Part shown: positions 1 through 10,466 of the stretch, in pieces
Position numbering within the stretch: position 1 is the stretch's first letter
How the letters are laid out: the number at the start of each line of letters is the position of its first letter
Assembly: GCA_965215195.1 (NCBI GenBank)
Contig: CBDCDC010000002.1
Coordinates: forward strand, 32,001-96,000
Origin: Candidatus Latescibacterota bacterium
GTDB taxonomy: Bacteria; Latescibacterota; UBA2968; UBA8231
Direction: 5' to 3'
Length of the DNA: 64,000 nucleotides
Made by a program: the position numbers and the translations under genes
Notes under the pieces: model-generated
What the model was told of the DNA's origin: nothing
Databases searched by the model: none
Seen by the model: the letters and a program-made list of their open reading frames with translations, nothing else

Positions 1-1
1 C

Positions 2-1118
2 TGCCCCGCGCCGGGGTTCATCGACTATGCGACGGCCCAATTCAACTACGAGTGGGCCAGACTCATGATTTCCTATCCGACGAATTATCTCTTTGCCAAC
101 GGCGAGGATAACAGCGACCTCCCCCCGAAGTACTACGACTTCCTGCAGGAAATTCCCCTAGTTGATGAGAAGGCTATCGGCACGATGGACTATCACACGT
201 TTCTGGTGCGGACCTTGGATTCGGAGCCGCGAGAAAAATCCGCACCATTCAGGCGGCCAAGTGGAGTTATTGGCCGGTCGCCTAATGCTCGCGGGGAGTT
301 AGACAAGATGCGCAGCCTCTTTCGGCGGCCCAAGCTGTCCGAGATATACGATCTAGCGGATTTGAAGTTGTCGGAGGAGATCGTGGCCCAACTCGACTCG
401 ATGGACGAAGCGAACAGACGACCGAACCTGTCGCAGATGGTCAATTTGTCGGCGGTTGGTTTGTTGTTGGCTGCTCAGGCTCGGCTCGACTCAATGTACA
501 AAATAAAGAGACGTCCCAAGCTGTCCCAGAGTTTTGATTTGTCGGTGTTTGGTCTGTCGGAGGCAGATCAAGCCCGAATCGACTCCTTATATGAAAAGTC
601 CAAATCCTATAGCTTCTTCACTTCAAATAATGTAGAGGAGGCTAGCGTGAATACGACGGATGGAGCGTTGACGTTCTACTTGCCACTCGCAATAAAGAAG
701 GATTCTCTGGCCAAAGAGCCTCCTAAGCTATCCGAAAAACTTGACCTATCGTGGCTGTCAGAACCGGCCCGTGCCCAACTTGATTCGATGTACGAACACC
801 GTCAGCCGCTCAGGCTGTCCGAGCAGATTGATCTATCCGGCTTGGGTCTATCGGAAGCGGTGCAGGCCCAGCTCGATTCGATAATTACGAGAACTGGAAC
901 CCATACACTGAGGACGTGGAGTAGTTCTTCGGCAAGGTACGATCTGGCCAAGGAAAAACTGGAGGGACGAGTGCTCTACTGGTTTTTGGCTGGCGAGCTG
1001 ATCAAGGGCTTCAAGCGCGGCAGCGACGCCTTTGCGTTAACCCAACGCAAGTGGGAAGAGTTCCAAGAGATCAATCCGCACCCGGAATACACCGAGGCCG
1101 TCAAGGCAGTTCTATATA
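2..1118 (+). pseudogene. N-terminal part of a TlpA/AhpC-TSA-domain protein, interrupted by IS insertion (frame open from the window edge)
   Basis: Frame is open from base 2. Removing 1119-3223 and one TATATA copy restores ...AVL-Y-KALKLQAGQPAPAF..., in frame with the WCGPC thioredoxin domain at 3325-3663. Confidence 0.85.
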
Positions 1119-1199
1119 ACCAATGGTGCTAGTGAGTTGACCGTGGTCGAGGTAGTTCCTACGCTGAGGGTGTCCCCCCTTCCAGCGAAGGAGCGTCCC

Positions 1200-1985
1200 A
1201 TGACCACGGCCGAGTTTATAATAGCCCTCTTCTATCGGATCGACAACCAGATGGGCGATGTGCCCAAACACCCCCAAGCCGCCTTATATCCCAGCGAAAC
1301 GGTGACCCTGGCGGTTCTATATGCGCTCAAAGGGGACGGCAAACGGGCGTTTTATCGCTGGGTAGTGCGCGATTGGCGCGCCTTTTTCCCGCGCCTGCCC
1401 GAACGCACCCGCTTGTTCCGCCTGTTTGTCGCCCATGCGGACTGGACCGATCGCTTTCGAGCGGACCCCACCCCCTTAGGCGTGATCGATAGCTATGGCA
1501 TCGAGTTGATCCATCCAGTACGCGAAGGCCGCTCCGCTCACCCTATCGGCCAGAAAGGGTTGTCCAATCACCGCTGGATCGTCGGCGGCAAGCTGGGCTT
1601 GATCGTCAACCAGTGGGGCTTGATCGTCGATTGGGATTGTAACACGGCCAATGTCCACGATTCGGTCTTTCACCCGATGATTGGTCGCTACGAAGAGCAG
1701 ATGATCCTCCTCAGCGACCAAGGCTTTCATGCCAAAGAAGGTGATCCGGCTAATCTGAAAGTGTGTCCCCGCAAAACCTGGGGCGACCGGATGGTCATCG
1801 AGACCGTCTTTTCGATGCTGACCCGCATCGGCCGGTTCAAGCGACAGACCCATCGAGCTTGGGCCTACTTTAGAGCGCATCTGAGCGCGGCCATGGCCGC
1901 CTTTAACCTGCTGGCACAGTGGCATGGATTGCAACCGGATGAAAATGGATTCGTCCCGTTGTCCATCGCGGAATTTAGCTTGTAG
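1200..1985 (+). CDS. IS982-family-like DDE transposase
   Basis: ~261 aa with IDS..., LSDQGF and RMVIETVFS DDE motifs. GGAG RBS lies before ATG 1200. Confidence 0.8.
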   Translation: MTTAEFIIALFYRIDNQMGDVPKHPQAALYPSETVTLAVLYALKGDGKRAFYRWVVRDWRAFFPRLPERTRLFRLFVAHADWTDRFRADPTPLGVIDSYGIELIHPVREGRSAHPIGQKGLSNHRWIVGGKLGLIVNQWGLIVDWDCNTANVHDSVFHPMIGRYEEQMILLSDQGFHAKEGDPANLKVCPRKTWGDRMVIETVFSMLTRIGRFKRQTHRAWAYFRAHLSAAMAAFNLLAQWHGLQPDENGFVPLSIAEFSL

Positions 1986-1992
1986 CCCACTA

Positions 1993-3210
1993 GTATCTAT
2001 TGACACTTAAAATTTTGGGTAAAGCCGTTTCAGTTTAATGCGCGCATCATCGGTGGTAAACCGCCAGTCCACGGCTTTCTGGTTTTCGTTGCGTGCCTGT
2101 TCCCAAGCGTGGGTTTCCGCCTTCAAGGTCTCTTCATCGGGTATGCGCGCATTTAGACATTGCTGGGACAAAATGCGCAACTCAATTTCAGCGATATTGA
2201 GCCAACTGCCATGTTTGGGGGTGTAATGCAACTCAAGTCGTCTAACTAACCGGCGCGCTTGGGCCGGTTCAAACGCTTCATACAAAGCGGCAATCGTGTG
2301 CGTGTTGAGATTATCACACACCACCAAGACCACTTCAGCATCTGGATAATCCACCTCCAATAGCTCTTTGATTTCAAAAGCCCAGTCCACAGCGGTCTTG
2401 CGTGAGCGCACATTGACCTTGCGCCAACCGGCCAAGGGGTCTGTAAACAGAAAATTGACCGCTGTGCCATTGTGCGCGTATTCGTAATCATACCGTTGGG
2501 GGTGTCCAGGCCGTGCGGGCAGCGGGATACGGGTTTCTCCAATCAACTGGATGGGCTGCTCATCCATGCACACCCAAGGCCTTTTCGGATCGTAGGGCCG
2601 ATGATACAGATCCAGAACATCTTCCATGCAGGCTACAAAGGCTGCATTTTGTTCAGGTGGAATCACCCAACAGGTACGCAGATGCGGCTTCAATTCGTTT
2701 TTTTTAGCGTCCGTCCCACCGTGCGATACGAAATGGAGTCCACCACGTTGAGTTCGACCAACGTGTCGGCCAGTAACTCCAATGTCCAGCGGTTGCGTCC
2801 TTCGGGGGGATGGCTACAAGCCAGCGCGATCAAACGGGCTTCACCGGCTCCATCCAGAATCTTCTCGCGGGGCGGCTGTACGCGCTTTTTACGTTCTAAG
2901 GCCGCCTGCATCCCGTGCTCTACAAAACGTTTCCGAACGTTTTCGACGGTGACTCTATGGCAGGCGAATGCTTCCGCAATAGCCCTATCTGTCCAGCAGG
3001 GCCCTGCTGCATCGGCTTTCAAAAGTATATTCGCGTGTTTGATCTTGTAGGCTGGGGCGTGACCTGTGCTGACCAGAGCTTCTAACTGCTGACGCGCTTC
3101 GTCGGGGAGACGCACGATATATTTCTTCATATCTAGACTCCTCAGGTATCAGTTCGCGCTGGAGATTCGACATGAATATCGCATCCATAACTTTAGTTGT
3201 CAAAAGACAC
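1993..3210 (-). mobile_element. IS630-family element
   Basis: TA duplication at 1991-1992 and 3211-3212 in a CTAG target. Imperfect IRs GTATCTATTGACA / TGTCAAAAGACAC. Two-ORF transposase. Confidence 0.9.
2007..3130 (-). CDS. IS630 transposase, OrfA (HTH, 2690-3130) + OrfB (DDE, 2007-2693), probably joined by a -1 frameshift
   Basis: VCMDE, DNLNTH and PKHGSWLNIAE motifs. A8 slippery run (CTAAAAAAAACGAA) at the ORF overlap near 2700. Confidence 0.9.
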
Positions 3211-3223
3211 TAGCACCATTGGT

Positions 3224-3663
3224 TATATAAGGCCCTGAAGCTGCAAGCCGGGCAACCCGCGCCCGCTTTCGCTCTCCACGACCTCGACGGTCAGCCCGTA
3301 TCGCTGAGCCAGTTCAAGGGGCAGGTGGTGCTGCTCGATTTCTGGGCGAGTTGGTGTGGGCCGTGTATCATCGACCTGCCCGATCTCCGCGCAATCAAGG
3401 AAGAGATGGCGGACCAGCCGGTCGTCTTTCTCAACATATCGTTAGACACGGACGAGGCTGCTTGGCGTGAGGCGATTGATAAACACGGAATCGAAGGCGT
3501 CCACGTGCGGGCGGATGGCTGGGGTGCGGACGTGGCCAAGGCCTACCAAGTGAACTCGTTGCCTTCGTATTACTTGGTGGACTCTCAAGGATTAATCGTG
3601 GAGCGTCTGTCTGGCGTAAGGGATACAGACGAGCTTGTCGCAAGGATCGAGAAGAGCTTGTGA
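3224..3663 (+). pseudogene. C-terminal TlpA disulfide reductase domain of the interrupted gene
   Basis: GQPAPAFALHDLDGQPVSLSQFKGQVVLLDFWASWCGPC. Confidence 0.88.
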
Positions 3664-3792
3664 GCAAGCTGAGCCTAACCTGAATGTCGAAAAGGGCTGG
3701 CTGATTCGTTCAAACGCAATTAAGCCTGTGCTGTCTGCTGCGATGCTCCTGACGCAAATAAGCAAACATCAAGCACGAACGTACCCACAGGC

Positions 3793-3937
3793 GGGGTCGG
3801 GTACTTAGGGGCCAGCACTAACTACACGACACCAATAACTTGTCGTTGATGGGCGGTGAGTCCGGGATCGAGGGCGTCCCGCCCTCGACGAGGGCAAGAT
3901 GCCCTCGCCCTCAAGCTCTCTGGGGTCGTGGAGAACG
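3793..3937. repeat. Degenerate members of the MITE family (one right end plus one internally inverted copy)
   Basis: GGGGTCGGGTACTTAG, 9 bp, then CTAACTACACGACACC...GGGGTCGTGGAG. Contains the GATCGAGGGCGTCCCGCCCTCG core shared with 18409 and 34568. Confidence 0.6.
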
Positions 3938-3978
3938 GCACGAGGGTTTGTCGCGCCTCTTCACCGCTACCTTTAGGT

Positions 3979-4022
3979 GTGCTTCACCGCGCCTAAAGGC
4001 GTGAACAAGGCGCGGTGGAGCA
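3979..4022. repeat. Intergenic inverted repeat (stem-loop)
   Basis: TGCTTCACCGCGCCT...AGGCGCGGTGGAGCA. Confidence 0.5.
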
Positions 4023-4119
4023 GACAGCTTCTAAATTCAAAAAGCCGATTCTCCCGCGTGTTGCAGGGCCAGACCAGCGTGGTTAGGTTGCGGATGGTAG
4101 TACACAAGGAGAAAAGGCT

Positions 4120-4530
4120 ATGAAAGCGCTCATCGTGCTCGTCGCGTTGGTCTGGACGGGAATCTCGTGCTCCGGTCCAACTACGAGCACGGATATGGTA
4201 TTCGACTCTGCCGCCGAAGGGCCGGCGACCTTTGCGCAGGTGCAAACGACGATATTCGACGTTTCCTGCGCCTTGAGCGGCTGCCACGGCAACAGCGCTT
4301 GGCCCAACCTGTCGGCCGGGCAAGCATACGACAATATCGTCCGTGTGGAGAGCAGCCGCGGCATAGCGCTGGTTGAGCCGGGCGATCCCGACAACAGCTA
4401 CCTGTATCGCAAGCTCTTGGCAGACGCCGATATCGATGGAGCTCGCATGCCCCCGGGCGGGCCGTACCTAACACCAGACGCGCTCGAAACGGTGCGCGCT
4501 TGGATAGAAAAGGGGGCCCCCAACGACTAA
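4120..4530 (+). CDS. Putative lipoprotein with atypical c-type cytochrome motif
   Basis: Lipobox-like ISC, CALSGCH heme-like motif, PGDPDNSYL and RMPPGG...WIEKGA. Confidence 0.7.
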   Translation: MKALIVLVALVWTGISCSGPTTSTDMVFDSAAEGPATFAQVQTTIFDVSCALSGCHGNSAWPNLSAGQAYDNIVRVESSRGIALVEPGDPDNSYLYRKLLADADIDGARMPPGGPYLTPDALETVRAWIEKGAPND

Positions 4531-4558
4531 TTCGCCTCTAAACTGTCGGGCAACGTGT

Positions 4559-5131
4559 ATGCGCTGGCTCATCCCGTTCCTCATCTGCTCGCCGCTGGCC
4601 GTCCAAGGCGGCGAATGGCACGTCGATAAAAAGGCCGAGGGCAACCAAGTCGCGTTTACTTCCAAAGTGGTGGCCTTCACTTTTACCGGCACGACCGATA
4701 AAATCGACGGCTTTATCTATTGGGAAGGCGAGTCGCTTTTTGCGGCCAAGGACCAACTGCATTTTGAAGTGGAGCTGGCCAGCTTTGATACGGGCATTGG
4801 CAAACGCGACCGCGACATGCGCCAAGTGCTGGACGCGGACCAATGGCCCAAAGCCGTGTACAAAGGGGAGATCGCCGAACACGCGGCCGTCGATTCCACT
4901 GTGGTTGCCTATCGCGTCAAGACCAAGGGGATCTTGTCGCTACACGGGGTGGAGCGCGCCGTAGAAGTGCCCGGGATCGTAGTGGTGGAAGAAAATCGCT
5001 CCAAGGTCGAGGCGGCTTTTACTATTAAACTGGCCGACTACGACATTGAGGCACCCTCGCTGGCGGCCTTTGTCAAGGTAAGTCAAGAGATTGCCGTCGA
5101 GGTCTCGTTCTACTTAAAACACGTACAATAG
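4559..5131 (+). CDS. YceI family protein
   Basis: Signal peptide; FDTGIGKRDRDMR and GILSLHGV motifs. Confidence 0.88.
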   Translation: MRWLIPFLICSPLAVQGGEWHVDKKAEGNQVAFTSKVVAFTFTGTTDKIDGFIYWEGESLFAAKDQLHFEVELASFDTGIGKRDRDMRQVLDADQWPKAVYKGEIAEHAAVDSTVVAYRVKTKGILSLHGVERAVEVPGIVVVEENRSKVEAAFTIKLADYDIEAPSLAAFVKVSQEIAVEVSFYLKHVQ

Positions 5132-5148
5132 AGCAGGAGGGATGGACC

Positions 5149-6009
5149 GTGAACATTCGCGTCTTGTGGTTGGGAGTGCTGTTGCCGGCCTGGGCCGGTG
5201 CTCAGCCGTCGTGGCAGGCGAGTGTGCCGCTCGAGACCCGGCTGGAGCTGTTCAGCGCGATTAGGACGGCCAATTACCCCACCGCGGAAACCCTGTTCCA
5301 AGGCGATTTCCACTACGAGATTTCGCACCGCTTTTCCCCGCCGATTGACGAGGGGTACAAGGCCAATTTCGGTTTTGATGGGCCGGCCAATATCCGCACC
5401 TCGCTCAGTTACGGCCTCAGCGACCGGCTGATGGCGACCTTGGGGCGGAGCAATGTGCTGGACAATTTGGATCTGCAGTTGCAGTACCATTGGCTGCAAT
5501 TTTCCCACCAGCACTGGCCGGCGGTCTTGGCCCTAAACGTCGGCATAGCTTGGAATACGGAGATGCCGGCGGCTGTCGAGCGAAATGCTGCTGCGGCCGA
5601 CAATTTTCAGTACTATGGGCAATTGATCTTCAATGCGCTGCTGGACGAAAGGTTGGGCCTAGGGTTGGTGCCTTCCTATCTGTACAACAGCGCCATTTTC
5701 AGCGTTGAGACGCAGTACACCTTTACGCTGGGAACCTACGTCCAGTATTACTTCGACGATACGTGGGGCGCGTGGTTGGAGTACAGTCCGACTTTGGCCG
5801 GATACCAAGGCATTTTGTTCTTAGGCGAAGCGGGCCGCTCGCACAATTCGCTGGCATGGGGTCTGTCCATAGATACCGGGGGGCATACTTTCTACCTATT
5901 CGCCACCAACAATACGCGCCTGAGTCCAGCCCAGTACTTGGTGGGAGCCCCCTACGACGCGGCCCTTGACAACTGGCGCATGGGCTTTGGAATTACGCGC
6001 TTCTTGTGA
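5149..6009 (+). CDS. DUF5777-like beta-barrel outer membrane protein
   Basis: ISHRF, FGFDG.ANIR, IDTGGHTF and GFGITR motifs; follows YceI. Confidence 0.8.
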   Translation: MNIRVLWLGVLLPAWAGAQPSWQASVPLETRLELFSAIRTANYPTAETLFQGDFHYEISHRFSPPIDEGYKANFGFDGPANIRTSLSYGLSDRLMATLGRSNVLDNLDLQLQYHWLQFSHQHWPAVLALNVGIAWNTEMPAAVERNAAAADNFQYYGQLIFNALLDERLGLGLVPSYLYNSAIFSVETQYTFTLGTYVQYYFDDTWGAWLEYSPTLAGYQGILFLGEAGRSHNSLAWGLSIDTGGHTFYLFATNNTRLSPAQYLVGAPYDAALDNWRMGFGITRFL

Positions 6010-7250
6010 ATCCCAGCCGCATCGTGCTCGACGCCCGCTTCATCCGCCCCCGCTATAACGGTCACTGTTTTGCCGACTTGCCGGCCACCATCAAATGGCT
6101 CCTGACAGGCCGAGGATCGCCCAGTCTCGACCCGGCGCTACAAGGCCCTTGCGACGCGGTGGTGCTCTTTTTTGTCGATGCCTTTGGCTGGCACTTTTTC
6201 GAGCGCTGCCAAGACCGCTACCCCTTCTTAGGCGATATTGGTCGCCGGGGATCGGCAGCCCGTCTCACCGCGCAGTTCCCATCCACTACCGCCGCCCACG
6301 TCACTTGCATTCACACGGGCCAGCCGGTCGGGCGCAGCGGCGTTTTTGAATGGCAGTACTACGAGCCGACGCTTGACGCCATTATCACCCCGCTGCCCTT
6401 TGCCCGAGCCGACAGCGACCAGCCGGATTCGCTGCCCCGGGAAGCGGCCCGGAGCGTCTTTCCCCAAGGTACATTGTACCAAGAGTTGGGGCAGTTAGGG
6501 GTCGAGAGCTGGGTTTTGCAAAGCCGCGCCTTTACCCCCTCAACCTGTTCTGACGCGTACTTGCAAGGGGCTCAAGTCCAGCCCTTCCGCACCCTTTCCG
6601 AGGCCCTGACCAATCTGGCCGCTCTGCTGCAAAAACCGCGTTCAGGGCCGGCTTATTTCCTGTTTTACTTCGACCAGATCGACGTCATCGGCCATCGCTA
6701 CGGCCCGGACTCGCCGCAGTTCGAGGCTGAAATCGACACCTTTCTGACTGCGGTCGAGCGGCTCTTTTGGCGTCCGCTGGCTGGCCGTTTGCAGCGCACC
6801 TTGTTCGCCCTCATTGCCGATCACGGTCTAGCGCCGATCAACCCGCAAACCACCGTGTACCTCAATGACGAGACTCGTTTTCCCGGCTTGATTTCCATGC
6901 TGCGCACCGACCGCCGCGGCCATCCCCTAGTGCCAGCCGGCGCGTGCCGCGATTTCTTTTTCTACGTCGAGGACGACCGGCTCGACGAAGCCCACGCCCT
7001 GTTGACCGGCCCACTCGCCGGCCGCGCCCAAGTCTGCCGCACCGCGGATCTGATCGAAGCTGGCCTCTTTGGCCCCCTGCCGCTGTCTCCGCGCTTTCTC
7101 GACCGGGTGGGCAACTTGGTCGTCCTGCCCTTTGCCGGCGAGTCGGTCTGGTGGTACGAAAAGGACAAATTCGAGATCAAATCGCACGGTGCCCACGGGG
7201 GCCTGACCCCGGCCGAGGTAGAAATCCCCCTGCTGCTGTTCTATTTCTGA
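6006..7250 (+). CDS. Alkaline phosphatase superfamily / nucleotide pyrophosphatase
   Basis: VDAFG, FPSTT, DVIGH, ADHG and HGG metal ligands. Confidence 0.88.
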   Translation: MNPSRIVLDARFIRPRYNGHCFADLPATIKWLLTGRGSPSLDPALQGPCDAVVLFFVDAFGWHFFERCQDRYPFLGDIGRRGSAARLTAQFPSTTAAHVTCIHTGQPVGRSGVFEWQYYEPTLDAIITPLPFARADSDQPDSLPREAARSVFPQGTLYQELGQLGVESWVLQSRAFTPSTCSDAYLQGAQVQPFRTLSEALTNLAALLQKPRSGPAYFLFYFDQIDVIGHRYGPDSPQFEAEIDTFLTAVERLFWRPLAGRLQRTLFALIADHGLAPINPQTTVYLNDETRFPGLISMLRTDRRGHPLVPAGACRDFFFYVEDDRLDEAHALLTGPLAGRAQVCRTADLIEAGLFGPLPLSPRFLDRVGNLVVLPFAGESVWWYEKDKFEIKSHGAHGGLTPAEVEIPLLLFYF

Positions 7251-7297
7251 CCCTTTGTTAGGACAATAGTTCAGACCTGTGGACAGAGACTCGGGCC

Positions 7298-8410
7298 TCA
7301 AACTTCACTGGCGAGGATGCGGTCGATCACGGCCTTGGCGTCGCCGCACCAGCGCAGGACAATGACCAGCTCGCGCGCCGGCTCGACAAAGACGATGTTG
7401 CCGCCAGCTCCGCGCGCCGCGAAGCTGGCGAAACAGGCCAAATCGGACATGGCGTGCTGGTGGTTGAGCCACCACAGGAAGCCGTATTCTGGCTTGATGG
7501 GGCAGGGGGTGAGGGAGTAGTCAATCCACTGTTCGGAGAGGATTTGCCGGCCGTTCCAGCGCCCTCGCCGCTCGAAGAGCAAGCCAAAGCGGGCGTGGTC
7601 ATAGGAGGTGATCCACAGGCCGCCGCCCCAGTGCGTACCGCCGGAGACGGATTGGACCTTTTGGCCGCTTTCTTCGACCCAGGAGGTTTCGTACCCGTGC
7701 CATTCCCAAGTAGAAGAGGCCCCAATGGGGTCCATGATGCTTTCTTTGAGCACTGGAGGTAAGGGGCTGCGGAAAAGGCGCAACAGGCTGAGGGCCGTGC
7801 GGTTGACGCGCACGTCGTTGTATTCCCAAAAGGTGCCGGGCGGTTCGAGAGAGCGGTAATGGTCGGCGCTGGAGGCCGTGCCGCCCACCGTGGCTTCGGC
7901 GGCTCCTTGACCCAGTTCGCGGCCGCGGTCAATCCAGTCGGGGAGGCCGAAGAGTTCGCCTTCCCATTCGCTGGTTTGTTGCAGCAAATGACGCCAGGTG
8001 ATGGACTTATTTTGCGGCGCGTCAAAGCCGCCGTCGGCGACCGTGCGGCCGACGGGTTCGTCGAGATCGCGGATCAGCCCTTGGTCAAAGGCCACCCCGG
8101 CCAGCGCCGAGATATAGCTCTTGGCGCAACTGAACGCGACTGCGACGCTAGCGACCGGCCCGAAGGTGGCGACCAGATACCCTTGCCGCACGATCAGGCC
8201 GGCTGTGGGACCGCGTTTTTTGAGCGGGCCTAAAGGACGGTCGTTGGGATGGCGGTCGCCTTTGGGCAGCATGGCGGCCAAATTGGTGGAGGCTTGGATC
8301 TCCTCGGTCTGAGCGAAGGCCAAGGCCGCGGCCAGTTGGTCGGTGTCGAAGCCGGCTTGGGCAGGGCTACGGCGCTGCCAGTCGTGGGGAGCGGGGCAGT
8401 AGTTGGTCAT
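7298..8410 (-). CDS. Serine hydrolase (beta-lactamase/AmpC-like)
   Basis: SCAKS (SxxK), WEYND and YGFLWW motifs. Confidence 0.88.
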   Translation of the reverse strand: MTNYCPAPHDWQRRSPAQAGFDTDQLAAALAFAQTEEIQASTNLAAMLPKGDRHPNDRPLGPLKKRGPTAGLIVRQGYLVATFGPVASVAVAFSCAKSYISALAGVAFDQGLIRDLDEPVGRTVADGGFDAPQNKSITWRHLLQQTSEWEGELFGLPDWIDRGRELGQGAAEATVGGTASSADHYRSLEPPGTFWEYNDVRVNRTALSLLRLFRSPLPPVLKESIMDPIGASSTWEWHGYETSWVEESGQKVQSVSGGTHWGGGLWITSYDHARFGLLFERRGRWNGRQILSEQWIDYSLTPCPIKPEYGFLWWLNHQHAMSDLACFASFAARGAGGNIVFVEPARELVIVLRWCGDAKAVIDRILASEV

Positions 8411-8592
8411 TGAGTCCACCTGCAAATGCAGCTTCTGGGATATACTGGAAATTTGGCTTTGTGGCTCCGAGTTGGTCGTGTGCGACTGATTGCACTCGTC
8501 CGCGATTCAATCCGAGGGCGCAAACGAAGAAGCGAATCATAGTCAGTATTTGCAAGTTTGAATAAGTAGAATCTAATGTTTATTTTCGAAGC

Positions 8593-9105
8593 ATGAAGAA
8601 GCAAACAGCCGTTTTGGATACCTCGTTTTGGGTTTTGGGCCATCGAGCCGATGTGCTCGCCTATCTGTTTCGCTTTTTTGCGGTCGTTGTCCCATCGGCT
8701 GTCCAGACTGAAATACAAGCCCGCGATCCGCGTTATCCACAGCGGGTATATGGGTATCAAGAACTGTTTGGCCTGATGAAACAGCAGGGAGTATTGGCCA
8801 TCCGCGATCCTGTTCAGCCGTTGGACCAGTTCCACGCGGGGGAAGCAGCTGCTTTGGGGTTGGCTCTCGACGAGAATCTGTGGCTGTTGGTGAATGAACA
8901 GCGTGCTTTGCGCTTTGCTCGGCAGTACGGCCTCAAGGCCCTGACCGTTCCAGAGTTCACCGTATATCTCTACGAAATAGAAGTGCTGTCTTGGCGCAGT
9001 GTCCACGATAAACTGGATAGAATCGCCGCCAACACTGGAAAGGCTTTGATGGATGCAGCCCGCCAAGCGGTGTGGAGCTCGGCCGAATCCCGAGGAGATC
9101 CCTAA
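8593..9105 (+). CDS. PIN-domain protein (DUF3368-like putative toxin)
   Basis: VLDTS N-terminus; GEAAALGLA; LVNE. Confidence 0.7.
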   Translation: MKKQTAVLDTSFWVLGHRADVLAYLFRFFAVVVPSAVQTEIQARDPRYPQRVYGYQELFGLMKQQGVLAIRDPVQPLDQFHAGEAAALGLALDENLWLLVNEQRALRFARQYGLKALTVPEFTVYLYEIEVLSWRSVHDKLDRIAANTGKALMDAARQAVWSSAESRGDP

Positions 9106-9106
9106 A

Positions 9107-9457
9107 ATGAACCAGAGTACTACCAAGAAAACGCCCAACCGGGTGACCAAATCCATTCGTCTGCGGCCGGAAGAAGCCGACGAACTCGCGCATCTGGTGG
9201 CAAATACCGCCTACTCAGAGGCGGCCCTCATGCGTCAATGGGTGCTGGTTGGTATGGAGCAATTCCGCGTGTCCGAGGCCATCCGCGCCTACCAAGAAGC
9301 CGAGGTTGATCTGCGAGGGGCGGCCGAACGGGCCGGGTTGCCCGTGGCCGTATTATTGGAGGAAATGGCGGCTCGCAAAGTCGCCGTGCTTGATGAGCTG
9401 GATGACTTTGGGCCTGGTCTGGCGGCCTTGCGCCGGGCTTGGCCAAAGGATGAGTAG
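9107..9457 (+). CDS. UPF0175-like putative antitoxin
   Basis: RHH-like start and AIRAYQ...DLRGAAERAG; directly follows the PIN gene. Confidence 0.65.
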   Translation: MNQSTTKKTPNRVTKSIRLRPEEADELAHLVANTAYSEAALMRQWVLVGMEQFRVSEAIRAYQEAEVDLRGAAERAGLPVAVLLEEMAARKVAVLDELDDFGPGLAALRRAWPKDE

Positions 9458-9639
9458 TGGTATGGGCTGGACGGCGCGACGCCGGTTGTGTTGGCGGCCT
9501 TTGGATCGAGGGCGTCCCGCCCTCGATCCTAACATATCGTCCTTGACGCGCTCCATTGCTTCCGCCTCGACCGGTTTTTGCCTCCGAGCGCAAGTAATCG
9601 AACGGCATGGGTGTACCCGACATGATACAGAGAAAAGGG

Positions 9640-10002
9640 CTACCGCTTCCACCTGATTTGGTGCCCGGCATGGTCGGCGCAGGTCCGCCGCCAGCTCTTG
9701 CGAATCTCGTCGCGGGCTTGCTGCAACACCTTCTCGTTGGTGGTGTTCTCCCACTGCACCAATTCCTCGATAAGGCGAAACAGCCGCTCGCGCTCTCTGT
9801 CTTGGTCGGCCTCCGTGCGGAACAGATCCGGGCTGGCCGACGGATCATCGACCATCTGCGCGAAAATTACCGCCCGCCGCGCCCGCCACAGATGCAGGGT
9901 ACTCGGATGCCCGTGCCGAATCGACTTCTCCCGCGCCGCCGCGGCGTTGATAGCGTCAAGTGGCAGGGCGACTTCGATGAGTTTCTTGCGCGGAGATGTC
10001 AT
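9640..10002 (-). pseudogene. Truncated DUF1156 adenine methyltransferase N-terminus
   Basis: [34 protein letters not shown]; only 120 aa, and the WWARRPL motif is damaged. Confidence 0.8.
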
Positions 10003-10466
10003 GCGCCAAGCGCCTTAGTCAATTGATCGCCGCATTTGATCACCGCTATACCCTTTCGTTGTCCACGCAATTGTAGCTTCTTAGCGCGAAGTGTTTTGAG
10101 ATCGTTTCGATGGATTTTTTTGCCATGAGCAAGGACTGGAGCAAATTGTAAGGTAACACCTTGGGGGAGCCACCTATTTGCCATTTGGGTGCCTCCTGCA
10201 AGCTGCTCCAATACCGCACTGACACTGAGTCTGCCGCTCTTCAGCTCAATGGGAGCAACCCAAGTCTCGTTGTGATCTTCGCCGACGAACAGATAGTCGC
10301 ACCGTTTCCAATTATTCGGAATTGACAGCACGTCGCAGTCCATATCGACAATGACCCGTACTGGCGGAGCCTCGGCCAAATCAACCCGGCATTTGTCTTT
10401 GTCGCAGTGAGTGGTACGGCAGCTATTGGGTATTATGCGGGCAATCTCCGCGACTGTACCACTCAT
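9999..10466 (-). CDS. Hypothetical protein with PD-(D/E)xK-like motif
   Basis: RCDYLF...IELKSG; start and stop overlap the neighbouring genes. Confidence 0.6.
   Translation of the reverse strand: MSGTVAEIARIIPNSCRTTHCDKDKCRVDLAEAPPVRVIVDMDCDVLSIPNNWKRCDYLFVGEDHNETWVAPIELKSGRLSVSAVLEQLAGGTQMANRWLPQGVTLQFAPVLAHGKKIHRNDLKTLRAKKLQLRGQRKGIAVIKCGDQLTKALGA

Larger units (their letters stand above)
1119..3223 (+). mobile_element. IS982-like element carrying a nested IS630
   Basis: Ends ACCAATGGTGCTAGTG / CACTAGCACCATTGGT are inverted repeats with 5'-AC termini. TATATA direct repeats at 1113-1118 and 3224-3229. Confidence 0.85.
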
